From: an uncultured Eubacteriales bacterium
GTDB taxonomy: Bacteria; Bacillota; Clostridia; Oscillospirales; CAG-272
NCBI GenBank assembly: GCA_905210485.1
Contig: CAJLXA010000004.1
Span: forward strand, 5,054-69,053
Direction of reading: 5' to 3'
DNA: 64,000 bases
Every line of letters begins with the position of its first letter. Within the stretch, counting starts at the first letter, position 1. The position numbers and the translations under genes are program-made. The notes under the pieces were generated by a model. It was not told the origin of the DNA. It made no database searches and was given only the letters and a program-made list of their open reading frames with translations. Shown here piece by piece: positions 28,058 through 36,500 of this stretch.

Positions 28058-29920
28058 TCAATATTCTCCCTCGCCGTGAGTCCAGTCCAAGAAAGAGGGT
28101 TGTACATACGCCGTAATGCCTTTCGGCTCAAAATACCAGTCGCGATCGCCGTGCGTGGAAACATCTCCGTAACCGATCACGCAGAACCATGCGCTGTCAT
28201 AACGGTTGCCCATCAGTTCGTCGCGCGTGAGATCGAACGTAAAATGCTGGACGTCTTTATGTTCGGGAACAAAGTGACGGATCGGGAAGCCGTTACGGAT
28301 CACCGTGATCTTCTTCAGCGGATACCCGGTCATATGCAGTTCGATGTCCACATGGTAACTTTCCTTGTCAAAGGGCAGAATTCCGCCGGGGAGCGCGCCG
28401 TCCACCGTATAGGTCAGAAACGCGCCGGCATTGGTCGTTACGGAGAAATGACCCGCGCGGAGCGCCGTCACAATGCTGTTTGCGTCACGTTTTCCGTCCG
28501 TGAAAACATAGGCGCAACTCTGCCCCGGCTTATAACGCGTGCCGTCATGCGTATCGGTCGTGCACTGGTAATACATGCGGCGGTTATGATTATAAAGATC
28601 GAACAACGTGCGGAAAGAGGAGATATTCTCGACCATCGGAATATCCTTATGCTCGGTGGCCACCCACCAGGAGCGGAAGTACGGATTGGCGGCGGTATTG
28701 TTTGACGCATTGTCGGGGTGATTCAGCATCGGGCAGTAAAGATTTCCCTCGGGATTGTGCTGTTCGGCATAGCGGAGCCAGTACCCCTCGGACTTGCCTT
28801 TATAATCAATATTGAACGGCACATTGAGGAAGTTCATATGCGTGCGGTTATTGACGCATTCCTGACCGGGGATCGGGCTGAAACGTCCCTCTTCCGCCCA
28901 GGTGTAAACACCGTTGTCCACAATATTTTTTCCGCCGTGATCGGTAAGGAACATAAAGTCAAGGCCGTTGCAACGTCCGACTTTCGTAATTACGCGCGGC
29001 GTACAGCAGGCGTCTTCATAGCCGCTGTGAACATGGCAGTCGCCGCGGAGCCATCCCTCCGGCAACGTCAGGAGGCGGCGGAAACTGACGGTGGCCTCGG
29101 TGTCGTCGCCCGCGGGCATCGGCATCTCTACCATATCGTAATGCGCACCGGCGTCAAAGACAAGGCGCAGGTCGCCTTTCACATACGGTACTTTATGCGT
29201 TTCGCTGTAAAGGCGGTCGATCACCACGTCGATATGGGTTCCGCGCATAATGGAAACGCGATAATCCTCTTTTCCCGTGCAATGCGGCGTGAACCACGCA
29301 TAGGGGAACGGACGGTCGGGTTTTTTGAAGAACATGGCGTACCCGTTCCACGCGGAAATACGGAATTCACCGGTATGTTCCGCACAAACGCGGTAATAGC
29401 CGGGATCGCCGGCGGTCGTAATGTCGGTTTCATACCACGCGGCATAATCGGGAATCCACTTCGGGAGGATTTCCTCTCCGGACGGACGGAAAATGCGCGC
29501 CTTGGGGTTCTGCACGCGGAACGTCGTGATTGTCAGCGGTTCATCGGTTTCGGGAACGGCGACGTATACTTCCGCTTTGCCGGCGGGAAACAGCAGCGAT
29601 TCTTCGATAAACCGGGCATGCCATACGCCGGGACCTGTCAGAAGAAAAGGATAAGCGCCGCTTTCCTCGTCGGCGGAGAGAGTGAACGTGACTTTTTCCT
29701 GCGGAACGGCCGGGCTCAGCGTAACGGCGTAAACGCCTTTTTCCAGCGTTACGTCTTCACCGAAAACAACGCGGCGGCTATGGGTTGCCGTTTCGTCCAG
29801 CATCGTCATGACCGGGAGAGAAGCGCCCGTGCTGTCGCAACGGAAAACGGCGCCGTCACGCGTTGCATAAACAAAAAAGCGGGAAGTGTCGGTACCATTG
29901 AAAATAAGTTCTTGTTTCAT
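28058..29920 (-). CDS. PHP-domain (CehA/McbA-like) metal-dependent phosphoesterase with N-terminal beta-sandwich region
   Basis: ATG 29920 behind AAGGAG. No signal peptide. PHP motifs 'GDCHVHSG', 'FLTDHGG', 'TTDTHDG'. Confidence 0.65.
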   Translation of the reverse strand: MKQELIFNGTDTSRFFVYATRDGAVFRCDSTGASLPVMTMLDETATHSRRVVFGEDVTLEKGVYAVTLSPAVPQEKVTFTLSADEESGAYPFLLTGPGVWHARFIEESLLFPAGKAEVYVAVPETDEPLTITTFRVQNPKARIFRPSGEEILPKWIPDYAAWYETDITTAGDPGYYRVCAEHTGEFRISAWNGYAMFFKKPDRPFPYAWFTPHCTGKEDYRVSIMRGTHIDVVIDRLYSETHKVPYVKGDLRLVFDAGAHYDMVEMPMPAGDDTEATVSFRRLLTLPEGWLRGDCHVHSGYEDACCTPRVITKVGRCNGLDFMFLTDHGGKNIVDNGVYTWAEEGRFSPIPGQECVNNRTHMNFLNVPFNIDYKGKSEGYWLRYAEQHNPEGNLYCPMLNHPDNASNNTAANPYFRSWWVATEHKDIPMVENISSFRTLFDLYNHNRRMYYQCTTDTHDGTRYKPGQSCAYVFTDGKRDANSIVTALRAGHFSVTTNAGAFLTYTVDGALPGGILPFDKESYHVDIELHMTGYPLKKITVIRNGFPIRHFVPEHKDVQHFTFDLTRDELMGNRYDSAWFCVIGYGDVSTHGDRDWYFEPKGITAYVQPSFLDWTHGEGEY

Positions 29921-30003
29921 TGCGAAAAACTCCTTTTTACAATTGAAATGTACGCTTATGTTTACAAAAATGTTGGAATCAACAATGAGTCGCGCCAAAT
30001 GCA

Positions 30004-30080
30004 GCGGAACCGGAAAGAAAGCAAAAACGGGAACGGAAGTGGGGACGGGAACGGAAGCGAAAACGAGGATGGGAACGGAG
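30004..30080. repeat. short purine-rich direct repeats in the PHP gene upstream region
   Basis: ACGGGAACGGAAG at 30027-39 and 30045-57 (exact copies). ATGGGAACGGAG at 30069-80. Degenerate GCGGAACCGGAAAG at 30004-17. Confidence 0.85.
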
Positions 30081-30363
30081 CAGCGGTTTCCGCGCGCGGC
30101 ACAGATACGGGATGTTATACGCCGTCTTACTGCCGGAAATAAAGCCGGCCCCCGTCCGTTTCCATTTTACCACAGATATAAAGAAACGGGCGGTAAAAAT
30201 CAACATAAAAGCGCGTAAAAATGCGGTAAATCGGTATGAACGTCTTGTTCCCGCAACTACAGTCACATTATAGCGCCTGCCTGCGAACCTGTCAAGAGAA
30301 TTTTGCCGCGCACCCGACGAACGCCGACGACATAAAACAGAAAACGGCGCAAACCGCCGACCG

Positions 30364-30404
30364 AAAAAACCGCCCGCTTCCGCACAAAGTCGAAAGCGGG
30401 CGGT
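30364..30404 (-). terminator. rho-independent terminator of the megaprotein gene
   Basis: ACCGCCCGCTT / AAGCGGGCGGT stem, followed on the minus strand by TTTTTT. A second hairpin CCGTATATCGCT/AGCGATATACGG sits at 30438-30466. Confidence 0.75.
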
Positions 30405-30508
30405 TTGTCGGCGGGAAAATCTGCCCGTTGCCCGGCCGTATATCGCTGAAAGAGCGATATACGGCGGTTTCCGATTTCACGGAGGGGTCAAGACCCGTTT
30501 CGTGAAGA

Positions 30509-33500
30509 TCAGCGGTTAAACCATTCGCCGAGGTATTCCATATACGGAATATACATACCGTAGATGACATTGCCGTTTGCGTCGGTTTCGCGGCGAACGT
30601 CGCTTTCCGTAACGGTACTGCTGTCGGCATAGGTCAGGGTATGCACATAGGAGAAGTGGCAGTAACCCTCGCCGGCAACGATCTTGCCGTCGCGGATTAC
30701 GATCTGGGAGGACACTGTACTTGCCGTGTTGACCGCAGGATCGACGTAATACTTCGACTGTTTGAAATACGCATGATTCTGTACGTCTTCCGCCGTAACA
30801 AGATAAATATCGGTGATAACGATATTCTGTCCGCCGTTCGTTCTGGATTCCGCAAGCGTGCTTTCCAGGCTTACGAGTTCGCCGGCCTTGTTCTTATAGA
30901 ACCATTCGCGCTGATACGGAATATCGAGATCGCGGCCATAGGTTGCGTTGAATGTCTGCATCGACGCTTCGGAGGTCTTCTCCACGGCGGTATAGAATAC
31001 ATAGTCGCCGTTCTGATCGACATACACCCAGTCGCCCTTTTCGTCGTAGAGGTAATGACCCGAAATGTCGCCGTGAACGCCCACAAGATAATAGGTGGCG
31101 CCGTTAAAGGTAACGGCTTTACCCTCATCGGACATTGCCGTGAACACGCCGCTTCTTGCAAGGGTCAGTCCTTCGGCCTGGCCGAGCAACTGACCGGACA
31201 GCGTATAAACATTGCCCGCGGTATCAATGCGATACTTGTAGGACATGAACGTGCCTTTCGTGTATTCTTCCACGAGGTAGGAGAAACTCTGGCCGACCGT
31301 TACGGCGTCTCCGCCGACAAACACTTTGCGTGCGCCGGTCTTACCCTTGGCCGTGGCCTCGGCTTCGGTATAGAGTTTCGTGTCGCCCTTGTAGACGTAG
31401 TAGAAGTTGTGTGCGGCGAGCGACGCGGGAGCGGTGGCGCGGACATATTTTGCGTCCCAACCGGTCACGGTATCGAACGTCAGGCGTGCCTGCGTACCGT
31501 TTTCAAGGAAGAACGAGGGATGTACGCGGGTGGCGTACGAAGTGTCGCCGTGCACTCTCAGAACCATGTAGTTCCAGGAATGACGCGAGAAGTCGCCCCA
31601 GATTCTGTTGCCGATTTTGGGATTGCCGCGATCGTAATAATACTGATTGTCGGGTTCGGTATTGCCGTCGCCGTCGATATCGGCATAATAGTAGTCAATA
31701 TCGTATGCAGAAGAGAAGTGACCGACGACCCAGTAAGGAATCGTTGCGTAGTAATGCTCTTCGTCGTGCACGTCGCCGTAGAACGCGCCCTGTACATTGT
31801 CATAACCGTCAATCATCATTTCCATATCGGATTTAATTATCAGATGGCTGACCATGAACGTCTGGCCGTAACCTTCGGAAACGGTGCGATCCAGCATACT
31901 CTTGATCATATCCTGTTTCAGCGCGGCGCTGGAATAACGGATCGTCTGTCCCGTATAGTTCTTCACGCCGTCGATCGTGATAACGCCGACGTCGGTGAAA
32001 TATTGATAGGTATCCATACCGAATCCGTTCGTCATAACGAATGCGCCGAGTTTTTCGTCTGCGTCGGTGACAGTTTCTTCACTGACATAGAAATCGTAGC
32101 AATTCGTATCGGACGCGTATTTTTCTTTGAAAGCGCTGAGTTCCGCTTCGGTCATCGGCGTCAGGATCTTCACTTCGCCGTTACGGCGGATAACGCGAAC
32201 GAGGAAGTTCACGGAATCGCTGTCGGAATAGTGGATATACTCATCGTTGTCGTCGCGGAGGTACGAACCGTTATCGGTTTCGGTTCTGTGACCGAGCAGT
32301 TCCGCGTAATGGTACATATTTTCCCACGGCGTAAAGTCAAGGTCGTCTTTATTCTTGCTGTAGGTGTACTGATAGTCGTGGTTACCGTTTGTGATATAAT
32401 ACGGAATACCGTTTGCCGAAAGCTGATCGAAGAAGAGTTTCTTCACCACGTTCGACACGTTGATCGGAGATTCCCAGAAATCCGCGCAGGTCGGACCTTC
32501 AGGATCGTTATAGACCGTATTGCCTTTCTTAAGCAGGTCTTTATAGGTTACGTTGTTGATCTCAAACTTCACATACGGTGCGTCGTTCATCGCCTGGTCG
32601 CCGAGAATAAAGAGCAGGTCAAATTCGCCGTTCTTATATTTTTCGATGACTTCGTCCATGATGCGCTGGAGTTTTTCATCCGACGTCCAGCCGTAAATAT
32701 CATATTCCGCAGTGTAATAGTTGAATTCTTTCAGCGACTTCTGATTACCGACCGTCCAGCCGAATCTCTGAGAGGTTTTCAGCGTAGTGCCGTTGTAATA
32801 CTTCACCTGCTGCAGGGCATTCGTACCGGTGTAATGCGTATCGGTGAGGAGGAACGTGCGGAGCGTTTCTTCGCTCTTGTAAGTGTTCGGCTTCATCGTG
32901 TAAACCAGTTCGCCGAGCGCGCCGGTCTCTTCATCGTATTCATACACGCACGCCGAAACGGTAATGGTATTGATGCCGTTCTGCGCCGTACCGTTAAAGG
33001 TCTGCACCGAACCGTAATTCTTGTGGAGAGACGTAAGCTGATATGCGAAAGCGTTTCCGTTCGCGTCTTCGCCCGTGACGTCAACAAGAATCTTGTAGGT
33101 CTTGCCCGTGCAGTCGATAATGTCCATTGTCAGATCGAAGACGCCGGTATCCTTGTCTTCAAGCATATAAGAGGGCGATATGGCGATGGTTTCGTCTTCG
33201 CTATAATCGCCGACGCGGGTCAATGCCATCAGATTGAAGTGGAAATAGCCGCTGGAAACCACCATTTTCAGCGTATGCGTACCGGCTTTCAGGTTCAGCG
33301 TTCCGACCGAAAGCGGCATGGCGGTGGTGGAACAGTCGCCGAGCGTCTGTTTACCGAAGATCTTCTTTATCGGCAGGAACGAATTCGATTCGGCGGACAC
33401 CGTAATAACGGGGCCTTCGGTGGAACCGAGAACCGAGAGGTCGTATGCGCCGTCTTCGGGAACCGTGACATCGAAATAAACGATGGAGGGATAGTCCTTC

Positions 33501-36500
33501 GAGCCGCGGAGGAAGAAGCCGTTCTGGTAGAGATTGATGCTGGATCCGAGCGTACCGGATTTACCGAGCACATTGGTAAGCGACGTGTCGGCGGTCTTGA
33601 TCTCGGACGATGCGTAAACCACAGAGGCGCCGTCTGCTTTCATGAGCGCGGAGGGCGTGAAAGCGATGGAGTCAAGGCCGAGGCAGGTACCCGTCTGGTT
33701 GACGGTGATGCTGATGTTGAGTTTGTTTTCGCCGGCAAGAAGCCAGATATAGCTTTCGGCTTCTCCGTCAAATGCACCGTAACGCACTTCGGCCGAAACG
33801 GCGTAATCGCTGTCCTGCGTTGCCGTAGGCCATATCGTCGATTTGCCGAGACGCGCTTCGGCGGAGCCGTGCTTATTGAAAGCGGCGTAGGTTTCGTTCC
33901 GTATATTCACATACTGGATATAGCCGCCCGTCGTATTGCACTTCAGGTCGATGGCATAGGCGCCTTCTTTTTCGGCATAGACCGTAAAGGTGGCGGTATT
34001 ACCGTTTCTGAAAAGGCGGGTCTCGCCGTCATCAAGGAGAGACGCGCCGCTTGTCGCGTTCATCTCATCGGCGTGAACGGCAAAGGCATACGGGATATGC
34101 GCGAACGTTTCCGATTCGCTCTTCGTTACGGAGAAAGCGGAAGCGTCGATCTTCTTCACGCTGTTTTCGCCGCGGCATACAAGGATTTCGGACGCGGTGT
34201 GATAATCCGTATCCACCATAAAGACGCGGACGGACGCGATCGTTGCGCTTTCAATCGGCGTAACGGTGAAGGTAAGTTCTTCCGTATACTCGGATTTCAC
34301 GGCGTAGGTGCTGCCGACAAGGCTGTCTGCCTTATCGTAAGCGAGGCAGAGAACTTTACCGATGGGAAGACCCGTAGCGCGGACGCGCAGATCTGCCTGT
34401 GCGCCGAGCGAGACGGTCATGGTGTCGAGCGTCAGGCTGTTTGCGGGCGTTCCGATCTTCTTCAGAAGGAGATCGCCGACCGTTACATTGCCGTCTGCCG
34501 TCAGCGTGACGCGGTAGGTTTTGCCGCTTTCAAGCAATATGTCGCCGCCGATGTCGGTATCGGACAGGACAAACGCGCGTCCGGCAGGGACAGTAACGGA
34601 ACAGTTGCCTACCGTTTTATTGTCCGCAAGGCGTGTGACGATGAAAGAGAGGGTCGTCGTGTTGTCGGCGCCGAGCAGAGCATAGAAGTTGTAGAAGCCG
34701 GTATCTTCAGCCGTGAATTCATACGTAACGGAGGTTCCGTCCGTAAGCACGCGGCCGCCGGTCATGGTATCGGCCGTGCCGCCCGTAAGGGAGGACGCGG
34801 GGATACGGGCGCAGTCTTCGCCGGAAACGGCGGAGCGGCGGAATACAAGGTTGGAGACGCCGACCGGATAATCGTTGTCGTTTTCTTTCAGGCAATACAG
34901 CGTGACGGTGTTATCGCCCGCGGCAAGGTACATCTGAAGAAGCGTCAGCGTTTCTTTTTTCGCGGAAACGCGGAAATCTTCGTCGGACGGGTTCTTCACG
35001 GTATAGTCGGCAGTGCCGTCAAGCGAAGCGAACGCTTTTCCGTTCACTTTATCGCTCGCGGCGCCGATGGCGTATACACGGCCGCCGAGACGGTTCACGT
35101 CAGCCTCCAGCGTATACACGCCGGCCGTTCTCACATTGACCGTAAACGTCAGGGCATAGGTCGTATCGCCGACGGCTCTGAGGAGCACCGTACCGTCGGA
35201 GAGGCGGACGGCCTGCCCGAGCACCGCGTCTGCAAGAGAAACGGTTATATTATCGGGATTCGGCAGAGCGCGGGATACGAATTTTTCAAACGCGGTGTAT
35301 ATTCTTCTGTGACCGACTTCAGAAAGCGCGCCGTTCTTCACGCAGGAAGCGACGGTTTCCGCGTCGGAGAAGTCAAGACCGCTGTCGGAAGCGGGATCGA
35401 AGAATACAATGCCGCTTGTCTGCATCAGCGTCTGGAATGCGTCTTTATAGGCCGCGGCCGTATTGCCGGCGGCGTTTGCCGCTCCGTCGGACGGAATGGC
35501 GGAAACGGCGACGACCGTGCGGGAAGCGTCGGCCTGCGCGGCGGCAATGACCTGTGCAAGGCCGTTGCGGTAAGCGTCAAGCGAAGAATCCGCGAGATAG
35601 TCCGCGTTGCTTCCGAAAATCAGCACAATATCGGCCGACGGGATCGACAGCGTATCGGACGCGGCATAAGCGGGAACCGTATAAACGGTGGTCGTCATAT
35701 CGTATTTTGCGCCCATCATACCGAAAACGGTGCAGACTTCGTGATAGAGTCCGTGACCGAGCGTATCGGCACTGCCGATGACGGCGAGCGTTTTGTTTTT
35801 CAGCGCTTCGTCATAAAGCGTGTTGCCGGTGCTTTCGGCAAACAGACGGCTTTCATCAGCGGGCGTCAGGGTATAGACGGCGCCGCTGTAGGCGTCGGCC
35901 GCAAGAGAAAGGGCGTCTTTACCGTTTGCCTTTGCGGCAAAGCGGAGGCAGGTGTTGTTCTTTTCGGTGGTGACGGTATATACGAGACGGCCGCCGACCG
36001 CGCGGCAGGAAGCATAGGTGCCGGAAACGGCGCTGTAGCCGTTTGCCGTCAGGTTTTCTGTCGCTTCGGCGTCATAGGTGTATTCGCCGTTCCGGAGAGT
36101 ATATACCAATACGGCGGGCGCTTTGGCATAATCGTTTACATAGCCGGCCGCCGCGGTGAAGGTAAGGGTCGTTCCGGCGTCACGGATGAAGATAAGGTCA
36201 GTATAATAACCGTTGTCTGCGGAATAAGGCAGTCCGGCATCGGAGAGAAGACCCGCGTTATAGGAGGTATCCACCGTTGTATAGGCCTTTTCTTTTGCAA
36301 GTTCACGGCAGACAAAGCGAAAATCGGTATAACCGATGTTCGTATTGTTTCCGTTCTGCACGGTGACGGTATATTCCGTACCTTTGACAAGGGAAATACC
36401 CTCTGCAATCTTCGTGTCGATAACGGCGATCGACGCATTGGAGAACGCGTAGTTCGTGCCGGTCGTCCAGGGAGAGTTCTTGGCAAGGAACGTATACGGA

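Noticed and set aside
29886-30218. 110-aa + ORF with 'GTGKKAKTGTEVGTGTEAKT'
   Set aside because: The Gly-Thr periodicity comes from the GGGAACGGAAG DNA repeats. It has no RBS and lies in the upstream region of the PHP gene.
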